Shown here in pieces: positions 39,234 through 49,504 of a DNA stretch of 64,000 nt. The notes under the pieces were generated by a model. The model searched no databases. It was not told where the DNA came from and saw nothing but the letters and a program-made list of their open reading frames with translations. The stretch is from a phage. Position 1 is the first letter of the stretch. Every line of letters starts with the position of its first letter. The translations under genes were made by a program, and so were the position numbers. Location of the stretch: assembly GCA_025677605.1 (NCBI GenBank), contig GCA_025677605.1_4110.1; one strand, 5' to 3'.

Positions 39234-39794
39234 TTAATATAAATCAGTTATTCTCTTTTGGATTTTGAATTTACGCTGTTCTTCTTCAATTTGTGATAAC
39301 TTTTCTTTAATATCTTCAGCACCAATAATCACATGGAACAGGATCATTAACTCATCGTCATCAAGCATATCATAATGAACACCGAAGTTTGAAGAAACAA
39401 CACATGATAAATCTCTTGATTGAATGATAGTTTCTTCGGTTCTGTGTTCAATCCCTGCTGGTGTATAATCGACCTTAAACATGATTGCATTTTTTAAATC
39501 ACGTAGTGTGAATTCTTCATCACCACCCCACAGTTTTTTTTGAACCATAGACCAACGATCACTGAATGGATTTTGGGTGTATTCTGCCAGTAATCCATAT
39601 AGTTTATGCTTACTTAACTTGTACTTAAGTTCGATAAGTGATTTACGTTCATTATCGGTTTTCACAAAATCTTTAAGAGTTACACTTTTGCATAGCAAAC
39701 GAACTACTAGGGTATTCTGAAAGTGCTGCTCTTTTTCTTTTAAACGTTGTAACTGTGCTGGTGACAGCGGTGGTCTAAAACGTGATTGTACCAT
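39234..39794 (-). CDS. hypothetical protein, member 1 of a tandem paralogue trio (186 aa)
   Basis: TLKDFVKTDNERKSLIELKYKLSKH and LMILFHVIIGAEDIKE blocks; strong RBS AGGAGGA; consensus promoter immediately upstream. Confidence 0.45.
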   Translation of the reverse strand: MVQSRFRPPLSPAQLQRLKEKEQHFQNTLVVRLLCKSVTLKDFVKTDNERKSLIELKYKLSKHKLYGLLAEYTQNPFSDRWSMVQKKLWGGDEEFTLRDLKNAIMFKVDYTPAGIEHRTEETIIQSRDLSCVVSSNFGVHYDMLDDDELMILFHVIIGAEDIKEKLSQIEEEQRKFKIQKRITDLY

Positions 39795-39816
39795 AGTTTC
39801 CTCCTAGTTTTTTAGC

Positions 39817-39845
39817 ATTATACGGATAAAAGAAAAGCCTGTCAA
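39817..39845 (-). promoter_or_regulatory. consensus sigma70 promoter TTGACA-N17-TATAAT
   Basis: Minus strand: -35 TTGACA (39840-39845) inside the terminator hairpin, 17-nt spacer, -10 TATAAT (39817-39822), about 20 nt upstream of the ATG at 39794. Confidence 0.55.
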
Positions 39846-39866
39846 TAGACAGGCTTAATTTTTTTA
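39835..39866. terminator. bidirectional rho-independent terminator
   Basis: Perfect 9-bp stem AAGCCTGTC/GACAGGCTT with AATA loop; T-runs on both sides; overlaps the tail-fibre stop codon. Confidence 0.6.
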
Positions 39867-42605
39867 ACTCCAACGAGTACCAGATTGTGATGGTAACCCA
39901 GAACTAGCTGGGATAGCAGAACCACGATTGTAGGTACTTGGGCGGTATAGCAAGAATCTGGACACTTTTTCAGACTCGATTGATGCAATACCATTAGCAT
40001 CAGTTACTATCTTACCAATGTAGGTTGATGTCATAGTTTCTGATAATTGATATAGTGATATCTGATACGAAGCTGTAGATGTACCTCTATCCATAACCGC
40101 ATATATGTAGAATGTTGAATTATCTGGTGTAGTACTTATGGTAGATAAGTCTATCATAGTCGGTGGTATCTTTGCAAACTTTCCACCCAAGAAAACTGGT
40201 ACTTCTTGTGAAAAGTACACGTTGAACCCTTGTGCCACATCCTGTGAAGCAACAACTAAGTACTGTGATATCGTTTCATTACCAGATATTAGTTTATCCA
40301 TATCTGCTTCAGTAGTACCACATACAGCAAAAACTGATTTAGTTTGATAATCGTTTTTGTTCATTTGGTAATATCCAAACCCAATCCCTGGAATTGTACC
40401 TATATCAAATTGTGCGTTTGAAATATAAGTTGTTTCCATATATCGTTGACTTGAAATAATACCATTTTTCACTTTAGCAATCATGTTAGGATAACGAGTC
40501 CAACCTGGGGTATCAATGCCATATAAAATGTTCACACCTAAGTAGTTAAAACCACTAAACTTAGCAACAGTCATACCAGCCCAACGTTTGATCATTTCAT
40601 TTGGTGAAATTTGGAATGTATTCGTGATTGATGTATATCTTGCTGTATCAACACTAATACCACGTAAAATTATAGTACCACTTGTACCCAGTGCACTACA
40701 TGATATTTCGGAAAAAATAATATAACACACGTTGGTAGTACCGTTTAGTGCAGAAGTGACTGCAATAGATTTAGAATATGTAGTATCAGGTACATAATAA
40801 AAAACAGTTTTATGTTCAGTTATTCCAGTCAATCCGGCTTTAGCAACGGCATTATAACCTATACCTGATAATGTAGTTCCTGAAATTTCATATCTATCAC
40901 TGTTAAAGTCCATTGTAACAGGGTCGAATTTTCCATAAGCTGGTTTATCGATACCTTCTATTAAAGAAGATCCATAAGTGCTGACATTTCCATTGGCATC
41001 AACCAATGTTACCATACCTGCATATTTGTAATCAGTACTTAAATAGTGTCTATTACCTGATGGTGCAAAACCATTCATTGTGGTATTTTGTTCCAAGTTT
41101 TTATAACTATAAGTTGGATTCTCACCTATTTCAGTAAAAACTGTACTATCATAACCATAAGAAATTCCATCAGCAGTACCAGAACATGCAACAAGTATCT
41201 TACGTTTATCTACGAAACGAACACCTATTAAGTTTTCACCGACAGGGGAGCCATAAACTGGCATTACTTCTACACGTTTTAAATTACTACCAGTACGTGT
41301 TTTAGCAACCCAACTATCATAAGGTGTACCAGAAACTTTGTATGTTTGTACTGCATAGGTCGGCATGGATGACCATCTTGCTTTGGTAGTGAAAACAAAA
41401 CCATCAGAAGTTTGACAGATTGAACCATAGTTACCAAGTGCACCATCATAAAACCCTGTAAAGTTTTCCATATTGATTGAAAACGGGTTACTCACTGTTA
41501 TACTACCAGTTGATGTATTAGCTGATACTCTGATTGGACCACGTTCAGAACCGTCAAGTGTCATTGTTTTAGTACTGATATCATATGTAAAGCTGATACC
41601 AAGTGCATATACACCAGATGTTTTTGTTGCGGTAAAGACACGAAACCCTGGATATATCGCTACTCTTATTTTTGTACCATCAGGACTGATAACTGCTTGT
41701 GTATTAAATGCGTTATTTTCCCAATAATCTATTCTGGAAACACCATTATCATATGCTATTAGTGCATCACCACCTGAACCCAACACTGAATAACTATCAT
41801 AAACACGAATATTATTAGATGCAGTGTATGTTACATTTCTTATAGTTCTTCCTGAATAACCACTAATCTGTGTTACTGTCGAAACTGAACCAGTATTAAA
41901 TGCAGTTAAAGGTACTGTGTATATGATAAATGCACACCCGCGAACACTACTCAATACACTTGAATCCATACACCATATATAAACTGAATCATTTACGATG
42001 TGTGCATAGATTGGTTTATTTGTTATTGCTGTTTTTGGAATTCTGCAATGTTTGTGTGCTGATTCATTTAATGTTTCATTTGTTAATGTAAGGTAGTATG
42101 ATGCTCTATCAGTTGATTCCCAAAATAGTAATTCATATGCATTTGACCCATAAAATTCATAAATGTAATCAGTGCTTGGTAGCACAGAAGGTCTATACAT
42201 CGTGTTGGTTGTAATTATATTATCTTGAGTTAGTGTTTCTATATCTCTTATATTTTTAATATAAGCATAATAGTAACCATACGAACTTCCATTTGTACCT
42301 GCACGTAAAATTACACCAGTACCATCATTTTCAATGATACAAGGTTGCATTATTTTTGCAAATGAAAAGGAAGAAGCACCTTCAAATGTACCGTTAATAC
42401 TCATCGGTAGGTAATCTTGATCACCTACCCTTGAAACTGGAAGCATATCAAACATCTGATCTACTTCCGCTTTGTCATAATATTGGTAAGTGATTTTACC
42501 AGCAGAATCAGCAGGGAATCCATTAAAGGAACGTAATGCATACTTTCCATTAATTTTCAAATTCCCTAGTATTTCTGCGTTTCCTATAATTCGTCTCGAA
42601 GCCAT
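39864..42605 (-). CDS. tail fibre protein (about 913 aa)
   Basis: N-terminal and C-terminal domains paralogous to the 894-aa fibre; C-terminal approximately 190 aa shared with two other genes and ending in a Trp; ATG at 42605 with AAAGGAA RBS. Confidence 0.6.
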   Translation of the reverse strand: MASRRIIGNAEILGNLKINGKYALRSFNGFPADSAGKITYQYYDKAEVDQMFDMLPVSRVGDQDYLPMSINGTFEGASSFSFAKIMQPCIIENDGTGVILRAGTNGSSYGYYYAYIKNIRDIETLTQDNIITTNTMYRPSVLPSTDYIYEFYGSNAYELLFWESTDRASYYLTLTNETLNESAHKHCRIPKTAITNKPIYAHIVNDSVYIWCMDSSVLSSVRGCAFIIYTVPLTAFNTGSVSTVTQISGYSGRTIRNVTYTASNNIRVYDSYSVLGSGGDALIAYDNGVSRIDYWENNAFNTQAVISPDGTKIRVAIYPGFRVFTATKTSGVYALGISFTYDISTKTMTLDGSERGPIRVSANTSTGSITVSNPFSINMENFTGFYDGALGNYGSICQTSDGFVFTTKARWSSMPTYAVQTYKVSGTPYDSWVAKTRTGSNLKRVEVMPVYGSPVGENLIGVRFVDKRKILVACSGTADGISYGYDSTVFTEIGENPTYSYKNLEQNTTMNGFAPSGNRHYLSTDYKYAGMVTLVDANGNVSTYGSSLIEGIDKPAYGKFDPVTMDFNSDRYEISGTTLSGIGYNAVAKAGLTGITEHKTVFYYVPDTTYSKSIAVTSALNGTTNVCYIIFSEISCSALGTSGTIILRGISVDTARYTSITNTFQISPNEMIKRWAGMTVAKFSGFNYLGVNILYGIDTPGWTRYPNMIAKVKNGIISSQRYMETTYISNAQFDIGTIPGIGFGYYQMNKNDYQTKSVFAVCGTTEADMDKLISGNETISQYLVVASQDVAQGFNVYFSQEVPVFLGGKFAKIPPTMIDLSTISTTPDNSTFYIYAVMDRGTSTASYQISLYQLSETMTSTYIGKIVTDANGIASIESEKVSRFLLYRPSTYNRGSAIPASSGLPSQSGTRWS

Positions 42606-42615
42606 ATATATTCCT

Positions 42616-43206
42616 TTACCATTCTGTCCCACTATTCACATCTGGTGTACCAGAACTGATAGGGATAGCTGAACCAATTTTTGTAGCACTTACTCTGAAG
42701 TCGTCAAATCTTGACACTTTATTTATACTGACCCCTGTAATGCCATCTGGGAAAACTGTCAGTTGTCCTATGTACATATTAACACTACTTTCAGGGCGTT
42801 GAGTTTTAGAAATGAGGTAGTCAGCTACCCCAACATCTAATATAACATATACATAATGTGTTTCAATATTAGTACCAGTAACTCCTGGGTCCGTTATTGT
42901 TTTAGCAGGGAGGGTATAAACCGCTCCCGCCATGAACAATGGTAATTCTTTACTGAAAGTCAATTTGAATCCAGCGGCAGTAATACCTAATGGTTCATTA
43001 CTGTAAAGTGAACCAAATTGTGATAACGGAAAGGAACTGGTAATGTAATTCACATCATCTGTACTCATGAGTGGTACATCAACATTCCCATTAGCATCAG
43101 CTTGATACACATTACCAGAACGATCAGTTATCGTGGTCCCAGTATTTTTTCCTTGTGATTTAACGGAAGCATACGCTTCCACATCAGATCTAAATTTATA
43201 AGCCAT
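42616..43206 (-). CDS. tail fibre C-terminal-domain paralogue (196 aa)
   Basis: Aligns with the last approximately 190 aa of both long fibre proteins (…KVSRFDDFRV…SSGTPDVNSGTEW); GGAG RBS. Confidence 0.5.
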   Translation of the reverse strand: MAYKFRSDVEAYASVKSQGKNTGTTITDRSGNVYQADANGNVDVPLMSTDDVNYITSSFPLSQFGSLYSNEPLGITAAGFKLTFSKELPLFMAGAVYTLPAKTITDPGVTGTNIETHYVYVILDVGVADYLISKTQRPESSVNMYIGQLTVFPDGITGVSINKVSRFDDFRVSATKIGSAIPISSGTPDVNSGTEW

Positions 43207-43216
43207 ATTATCTCCA

Positions 43217-45901
43217 TTACCAATTCACATTACCAGAACTTGAAGGGAACCCAGAACTAACTGGGAAGGAACTTCCGGCAGCGTCGAATGATGAACCAAA
43301 CAGGTCTAAACGCGAACGTTTTGCTATATTAATTTCGGTTATTTGTAAATTATCAGTTTTCACTGTACCAATCCAGAATATTGAATGAGTTTCAGCTAAT
43401 TCAGTTGTTGATATATGATAGTTTGCAATACCCTGTACTAATTTAATATACACATAAAATGTAGTATTGGCAGGATTTGCTTTCACAGTTGTTAAATCTA
43501 TATTTGATATTGGTAATGTATAGTGTTTACCGGATATCAGTACTGGTGTCTCTTCGGTGAAGTATATAATAAAACCTTGAGCAACATCTTGGGAAACAAG
43601 ACATATAAATGGATTTCCTTTATCAGTCCATGCATTATAATCCGCTAATGTTGTACCATATGTTCTAAAAATTGTTTTGTTATTATTATCTATACTTTGA
43701 AGAATACCAAACCCAATGTTAGGTAAAGCGAATGGTTGACCATCTAATGCATAGATCGGACGTGCACCAGCTATATGGAAATTATTAAATTGGGCTGTCG
43801 CTTTATCCACTGTAGCACGGAAAAATGGAGAGTTTGTATTACCAACTGTATTAAAGAAACCAGGAATACCACCACCAATGAAGTAGAAAGAACCCGCATC
43901 ATATATAGTAATACCAATACTTCCACTATCAAGATGATATGCGGTATCTGTTTTGTAATCCCCAGCTTGAACACTTTCATGTACTAAACGTTTGAACGAC
44001 CATGTTGTAATATCACCAGTTCTTGTATTGACATTCAATTCAACAACTCGAATATATAGACCACGGGCTGTAGTAGATGCTGCAAGAACACCAAAAACAG
44101 GAATATCAGTTTGTTGTGGAACAAATACAGATAATGTTTTTATTGATGCTGGTGATATATTCCATGAACTAGCAACTTTAGCAAATTCGGAATTTCTAAT
44201 GGAATTCATTATATCTTGTGACATACTGATTGTACCATTATTCAGTACATTACCTTTATAATCAAAACTAATTGGCGTTGATGTTCTATTATCAGCCACC
44301 AAAACACCACCATTAGTCGTTACCGTTGAACCAGAAATTGAACTTATAAAAATTCTAGATTCTGGTGTAGTTATAAACGCTCGGTCTGGTGTTGGTTCAT
44401 AGCCAAGAACATTACCATAGTCTAGAGACTTAAATGTAAAGTTCGGGGTAGCTTTATGTACAGCATAGGATGGATAAAAACGACCATCACCTGAACGTCT
44501 TGAATATTGCTTAGTACTGTTATTTGGTAATAACTCCACACCCACTTGGAATGAACCAACTGCTGAACCAAATCTTGGTGATACGACACCATTAATAAAA
44601 TCAGTTGCCGATACACTTCTAACATCCATTAAATCAAATAATGATTTGGGTGGGTATTTTGCATATGATATATTCAATGCTTCTGCAAGGTTTGGTGAAA
44701 ATGAGCAAAACGCATCCCCAGTTGATGGAACATAGCAATAATTACTGAAAATGTTACGTCCACCTGCGTGAAGATAAAACGGGTCAGTTGTTAAACATGG
44801 ACCAGATTCATTCATGCTTGTACCATTATCATAAACAGCAACTGGTGTAGTAGTTGTCATATTATCCAATGCACATTGCTTAGTAGCAATATCAAAAGTC
44901 ATACTAAAACTGTGTTGTGGTCGTATATCATATCTGCCGTTAGTCATCCACATATCGCCACATAATCTAAATTTAAATGTAGTTGTACCTGATTTCTGTG
45001 CAACATATAAATCTGGATCTGTCATATAAATACCAAACCCAATAATACCACTTGGAATTAAAACGTATGGATTATCATTGGTATTTGTTGAATTTATTTT
45101 CATAGTTGGAACAATATTGTCATCATATACCATTGCATTATAAAAAGTTCTTGTGGCCCAACCAGTAATTCTAGTAACACTATAAGTACCACCACCTGGG
45201 TTATTACTTGGACTAAAAGTAACTTTAACCACTGATATTTTAAGAGTATTGCTTGGTGTATCTAAACTGAAAAAGTATAATGCACCATCTTCTGCACGAA
45301 TAACAAATTGTACTTCACCAATTGGCCTAACTGAAGCATAGTCATCAATTAAAATTCCGGTATGCATTGCATCGTTCATTGTGCCATTATTAACGGATAC
45401 AAAAAGTTTATTAATTGAACCATTACTTGCCATACCACATGTAATATCATCACTACATGAATATAAATGGTATGCATAATAATCACCAAAATAATTTGGT
45501 TTATATGCACGAGTAGTATTAACCATACGACTTGTATTTGTTGTACCAACCGCCTGGGTCATATAACTATAATAAACCCCTTGTGTACTCCCATTTGTAC
45601 CAGGACGTAGCATTACTAAAGTGTTATCATCTTCCAAAAATAATTTTGTATTTCTGGATTTAGTATTTTCTGAAGAACCAACTGTTGTACCATTGACACC
45701 AGCAGGTAGATAGTTTTGTGTACCATAACGAGAAATGGGTAACATACCAACCATTTCCAGCATATCATCTTGTGTATATGCATCTATTGTGAGATTGCCA
45801 TTTTCATCAAATACGTTATCATTGATGCTCTGAACACTTCTCTTACCTTTGACTGTTACATTATGTGTAACATCAATGCCACCATATATTTTCTTTGCCA
45901 T
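43217..45901 (-). CDS. tail fibre protein (894 aa)
   Basis: Paralogue of the 913-aa fibre; 5' UTR AAAGGGATATAT-ATG nearly identical to that of the paralogue. Confidence 0.6.
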   Translation of the reverse strand: MAKKIYGGIDVTHNVTVKGKRSVQSINDNVFDENGNLTIDAYTQDDMLEMVGMLPISRYGTQNYLPAGVNGTTVGSSENTKSRNTKLFLEDDNTLVMLRPGTNGSTQGVYYSYMTQAVGTTNTSRMVNTTRAYKPNYFGDYYAYHLYSCSDDITCGMASNGSINKLFVSVNNGTMNDAMHTGILIDDYASVRPIGEVQFVIRAEDGALYFFSLDTPSNTLKISVVKVTFSPSNNPGGGTYSVTRITGWATRTFYNAMVYDDNIVPTMKINSTNTNDNPYVLIPSGIIGFGIYMTDPDLYVAQKSGTTTFKFRLCGDMWMTNGRYDIRPQHSFSMTFDIATKQCALDNMTTTTPVAVYDNGTSMNESGPCLTTDPFYLHAGGRNIFSNYCYVPSTGDAFCSFSPNLAEALNISYAKYPPKSLFDLMDVRSVSATDFINGVVSPRFGSAVGSFQVGVELLPNNSTKQYSRRSGDGRFYPSYAVHKATPNFTFKSLDYGNVLGYEPTPDRAFITTPESRIFISSISGSTVTTNGGVLVADNRTSTPISFDYKGNVLNNGTISMSQDIMNSIRNSEFAKVASSWNISPASIKTLSVFVPQQTDIPVFGVLAASTTARGLYIRVVELNVNTRTGDITTWSFKRLVHESVQAGDYKTDTAYHLDSGSIGITIYDAGSFYFIGGGIPGFFNTVGNTNSPFFRATVDKATAQFNNFHIAGARPIYALDGQPFALPNIGFGILQSIDNNNKTIFRTYGTTLADYNAWTDKGNPFICLVSQDVAQGFIIYFTEETPVLISGKHYTLPISNIDLTTVKANPANTTFYVYIKLVQGIANYHISTTELAETHSIFWIGTVKTDNLQITEINIAKRSRLDLFGSSFDAAGSSFPVSSGFPSSSGNVNW

Positions 45902-45946
45902 ATATATCCCTTTTATCTAGATATCCATAGTGTATTTATAATAGTA

Positions 45947-45970
45947 TAAAAAAAGCACCCAAAGGGTGCT
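45947..45970 (-). terminator. rho-independent terminator
   Basis: Perfect 7-bp stem AGCACCC/GGGTGCT with AAA loop, followed on the minus strand by UUUUUUU; 8 nt after the small ORF stop. Confidence 0.6.
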
Positions 45971-45977
45971 TCTTCAT

Positions 45978-46137
45978 ATTAACCGCCGTGTTTAGAAAAT
46001 TCAACTGCTCTTAATTGTTTAAGTGCTTCTTTTCTGGTTGGGTGACGACCGAGAACTTTCTTCCCTGTGTGGTCAGTAACAACCCACTCATTTCCACGTT
46101 TCTGTATCTTTTCAGAAATAATATCAAGATAACGCAT
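45978..46137 (-). CDS. small hypothetical protein (52 aa)
   Basis: Unlisted ORF with strong RBS AAAGGAG before ATG at 46137; followed by the terminator. Confidence 0.35.
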
Positions 46138-46603
46138 AATCTACTCCTTTACGAAGAATACGTTGATTATTAGAGCCTCTAAATGGTAATTCTAAATTCT
46201 TTTCTTCAAGAATAAATTTACCATCAACTAATACATCAATGTACTCTAGTATTGCGGAGGCATGATTATTTATTATTTCCTCTAAAGTATAACCACTCCA
46301 GCACCAAATATCTTTATTTGGATATTTTTCTTTTACTACTTTACATAACTCAATAACAGTACTGATATTCTTTGGCATCAATGGATCACCACCTAAAAGG
46401 GATAATCCTTGTACATATGGCTTGTTAAGTTCATTCAGGATGATTTCAACTGTTTCAGTACTGAATACTTCCCCACTGCGATAATCCCATGCTTTTTCGT
46501 TGAAGCATTCTTCACATCCGTGGCTACACCCTGAAACAAAAAGGGAGCATCTAACTCCCTCCCCATTAACTAAATCATCCTTGATTATCGTTTGGTAATT
46601 CAT
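46124..46603 (-). CDS. nrdG: anaerobic ribonucleotide reductase activating protein (radical SAM)
   Basis: Radical-SAM cysteine motif CSHGCEEC near the N-terminus; 159 aa; in the nrdD cluster. Confidence 0.85.
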   Translation of the reverse strand: MNYQTIIKDDLVNGEGVRCSLFVSGCSHGCEECFNEKAWDYRSGEVFSTETVEIILNELNKPYVQGLSLLGGDPLMPKNISTVIELCKVVKEKYPNKDIWCWSGYTLEEIINNHASAILEYIDVLVDGKFILEEKNLELPFRGSNNQRILRKGVDYALS

Positions 46604-46910
46604 CTAATATTGCACTCACTATTTCCACAAGAACATCACCATGACATGATTTTGGCTTACAAAAGCACCCAAGACGCTTCCCAGCCAATTCAAGTAGTTC
46701 TTCGATAGTAACCTCACCATTTTCAATTCTTTGGATAAGATACTCTCTGAACTTCTCAATCGACTCTTCTCGTGTCGGAACTATAAACTCTGCCTTTGTT
46801 TGTTTGTCATTAATGTGGGTAAATGGATTTCCCCATTTGGACCCACGACCAATATACACATCATATGGTTCTTTATATTTGTTAACTACAATTGGTTTTA
46901 AGTCCATCAT
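46575..46910 (-). CDS. conserved hypothetical protein with G-x-W-G-N-P-F and C-x-C-x-P-x-x-C-H-G-D motifs
   Basis: 111 aa; motifs [12 protein letters not shown] and [14 protein letters not shown]; sits between grcA-like and nrdG. Confidence 0.45.
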   Translation of the reverse strand: MMDLKPIVVNKYKEPYDVYIGRGSKWGNPFTHINDKQTKAEFIVPTREESIEKFREYLIQRIENGEVTIEELLELAGKRLGCFCKPKSCHGDVLVEIVSAILDELPNDNQG

Positions 46911-47269
46911 AGACCTTTAGTAAAAGTACGATTGATTACATCATCTTGTTGTTCTTTTGTTAGTGAATTGAAACGAACTGCATAACCACTAACACGAATT
47001 GTAAGTTGCGGATACTTTTCTGGATTATTTTGTGCATCAATGAGTTGTTCTTTAGATAGAACATTTACATTCAAGTGCTGACCACCTTCAATATTCGGTG
47101 CGTGTTGAATTTCCACATCACGCAGTACCTCGCCATCAAAAGTACTCAAAAGTACTTCATCATCTTCGGAAAAGGTCTTTGATACAATAATACGTGCAAT
47201 ATCATTTTCTATTAGCATGATAGTTCCACGGTGCTCACCTGACATGACTTGTTTACCTTGAATTGACAT
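46907..47269 (-). CDS. grcA: autonomous glycyl radical cofactor (GrcA/YfiD-like)
   Basis: C-terminal half ([11 protein letters not shown]…[32 protein letters not shown]) closely matches E. coli GrcA as recalled, including the RVSGYAV glycyl-radical motif. Confidence 0.85.
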   Translation of the reverse strand: MSIQGKQVMSGEHRGTIMLIENDIARIIVSKTFSEDDEVLLSTFDGEVLRDVEIQHAPNIEGGQHLNVNVLSKEQLIDAQNNPEKYPQLTIRVSGYAVRFNSLTKEQQDDVINRTFTKGL

Positions 47270-47278
47270 AATATCTCC

Positions 47279-49084
47279 TTACATGTGTTGTATACGTTGA
47301 ATAACTTCAGCTTGTTTACCTTTATTGAACGGGCGACTATTTGGTGCACTAAGATATCCTGATACTCTGCGAATAACCGACATTGTACGTTCATTGCGGT
47401 TGTCACATACCGGACAATGGAAACCATTTTTATCTACACTAAATTCACCCTCAAAATCACATTCAAAACACTTATCGACCTTCTGATTAATACCAAAATA
47501 TGGAATTTTAGTATAAGCAAAATTTATTAATGTTTCAAGTGCTTGTATATTATTAGCTAGATTTGGTGTTTCGACATAGCTAATATTACCACCATTGCTT
47601 AGATAAGCAAAGTTTTCCTCATAATCCCATTTAGCAAAAGGTGTACTTTCAACCCATACTGGTTGATGGAATGAGTTAGTGATAAAGTCACGTTTCAGTA
47701 CTGAAGGATGTTTTGCCTCAATACAACGTGCAAATTTATAACATAGTGATTCTGCTGGTGTACCGTAAAGACTAAATGCAATGTTACTCTCTTTTTTGAA
47801 TTCATCACATTTTGCTTTCATGTAGTTCAAAATACTCATACAGAACTCTTTACTAATTGAACCAGTGAGGATCTCTGAGCACTCAGATAACCCAACATAA
47901 CCAATACTGATACTAGCATAACCATTATAAAATAAATGGTCAATAGTGTCTTCAGGATCAAGACGTGCAATCGCACCTTCAGCGAAAAGTATAGGGTTTT
48001 GTTTTGCCTTTGTACCTTTTAAACGTTCTACACGGTTCATCTGTGCTCTGTAAGCAATATTCATGTGCTCGTCAATCTTATCAAAGAAATCACCATCAGA
48101 CTCACTCTCAAGAGCAATTAGTGGTAAGTTGATAGACACAACGCCAAGGTTGAATCTACCATTGTATTTTTCTTCTCCTTGTATATTTTCCCATTTCCCT
48201 AAGAAACTTCTGCATCCCATAGGAGTAACAGGAATAGTTGTGCTTCCAGTAACTTTTTGATTCAAAGGTACTGATACAAAATCAGGATAGATGCGTTTAG
48301 CTGCACAACGCATAGCTAATTGTTTTAAGTCATAATTACAATCAGTACTGTTCATATTAATTCCATCCTGAAGAAAGAATATTACTTTAGGGAATACTGG
48401 AGTAATCTTATCTTTACCTAGTCCATTTTCATGTACTTTCAAATATTGTTCAGTGATTAGTTTTTCAAATTTAGATGTACCTAATCCTAAACTCAAAGAA
48501 ATGAACGCAGCCTGACCATTAGTACTGATCATTGAGTTTGTTTGATATAGAATTGTTTGACAACCGTCATAAACTTCCTTACGCAACTCATCTTCGATGA
48601 ATTCAGTACTAAGATTGTATTTCTTTTGTTTTTCTAGAAGTTTATCCCATGACTTTTGTACATATGGTGCAAGGCCAGTGTCAATGTGAGCCAACGACTG
48701 ACCACCGTACTGTGAACTTGCCACAGCCTGAACAATCTGTGTTAGTACTGTACAAGCTACCCCAAAGCTTTTTGGTTCTTCAATCTTGGCACAACCAATC
48801 ATGAAGCCATTAGCAAGCATATCAGGATAATTAACTAAACAACAGTTTGTTAATGGGCTAATGTAATAGTCTAAATCATGAATATGACCGTAACCTTCAT
48901 TATGCCACTTCATCAATTCATCAGGAATCACATCTTGGGAATAATGTTTAGAAAGAATACCTGCCAATAAATCACGATGTGTATTAACACATTTAGCGTC
49001 TTTATTTGCATTTTCGTTTGTTAAATCAGCGTTACTCTGGTTGAGGAAGTTAGTTACGTCCGTATATAATTTATCTATTTGCAT
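47279..49084 (-). CDS. nrdD: anaerobic ribonucleoside-triphosphate reductase (class III)
   Basis: 601 aa; C-terminal zinc ribbon (CFECDFEG…CPVCDN) followed by the glycyl-radical motif RRVSGYLS. Confidence 0.9.
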   Translation of the reverse strand: MQIDKLYTDVTNFLNQSNADLTNENANKDAKCVNTHRDLLAGILSKHYSQDVIPDELMKWHNEGYGHIHDLDYYISPLTNCCLVNYPDMLANGFMIGCAKIEEPKSFGVACTVLTQIVQAVASSQYGGQSLAHIDTGLAPYVQKSWDKLLEKQKKYNLSTEFIEDELRKEVYDGCQTILYQTNSMISTNGQAAFISLSLGLGTSKFEKLITEQYLKVHENGLGKDKITPVFPKVIFFLQDGINMNSTDCNYDLKQLAMRCAAKRIYPDFVSVPLNQKVTGSTTIPVTPMGCRSFLGKWENIQGEEKYNGRFNLGVVSINLPLIALESESDGDFFDKIDEHMNIAYRAQMNRVERLKGTKAKQNPILFAEGAIARLDPEDTIDHLFYNGYASISIGYVGLSECSEILTGSISKEFCMSILNYMKAKCDEFKKESNIAFSLYGTPAESLCYKFARCIEAKHPSVLKRDFITNSFHQPVWVESTPFAKWDYEENFAYLSNGGNISYVETPNLANNIQALETLINFAYTKIPYFGINQKVDKCFECDFEGEFSVDKNGFHCPVCDNRNERTMSVIRRVSGYLSAPNSRPFNKGKQAEVIQRIQHM

Positions 49085-49210
49085 TTCACATTCCTTGTAT
49101 GTTATTCGTTTGGGTGAATTTATTTAACTTCAACAAAGAGCATTATAGCCTCATATTGGCCTTTTTCTCTTGACCTAAATCAAGGAAAAGTGCAATTGAT
49201 TAAGTACTGT

Positions 49211-49240
49211 ACAAACACAAAAAGCACCACTTGGGTGCTT
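49211..49240 (-). terminator. rho-independent terminator
   Basis: 7-bp stem AAGCACC/GGTGCTT, followed on the minus strand by UUUUGUGUUUGU; between CDS 49319-49504 and nrdD. Confidence 0.45.
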
Positions 49241-49318
49241 TTATAGAATAGACAAAATAACAACTGACCAGATTAGCATAACATATAAATTGCAATTGCA
49301 CTGCAACCAATGAATAGT

Positions 49319-49504
49319 TTAATTAGTCTCATCTGGACTCCATGTAATAGTTACAGTAAATGTACCTTCCTGGAATCCATACTCATCTTGTGGAATTTGA
49401 GCAACTAATGGATTGAATCTGGAATTAAACGCTTCATGTACATCACGTTGGATATCACAGATACTTTCACCATCATATTCTTTTTTAAAAATTTCAATCT
49501 GCAT
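49319..49504 (-). CDS. hypothetical protein (61 aa)
   Basis: ORF in track. Confidence 0.35.
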   Translation of the reverse strand: MQIEIFKKEYDGESICDIQRDVHEAFNSRFNPLVAQIPQDEYGFQEGTFTVTITWSPDETN

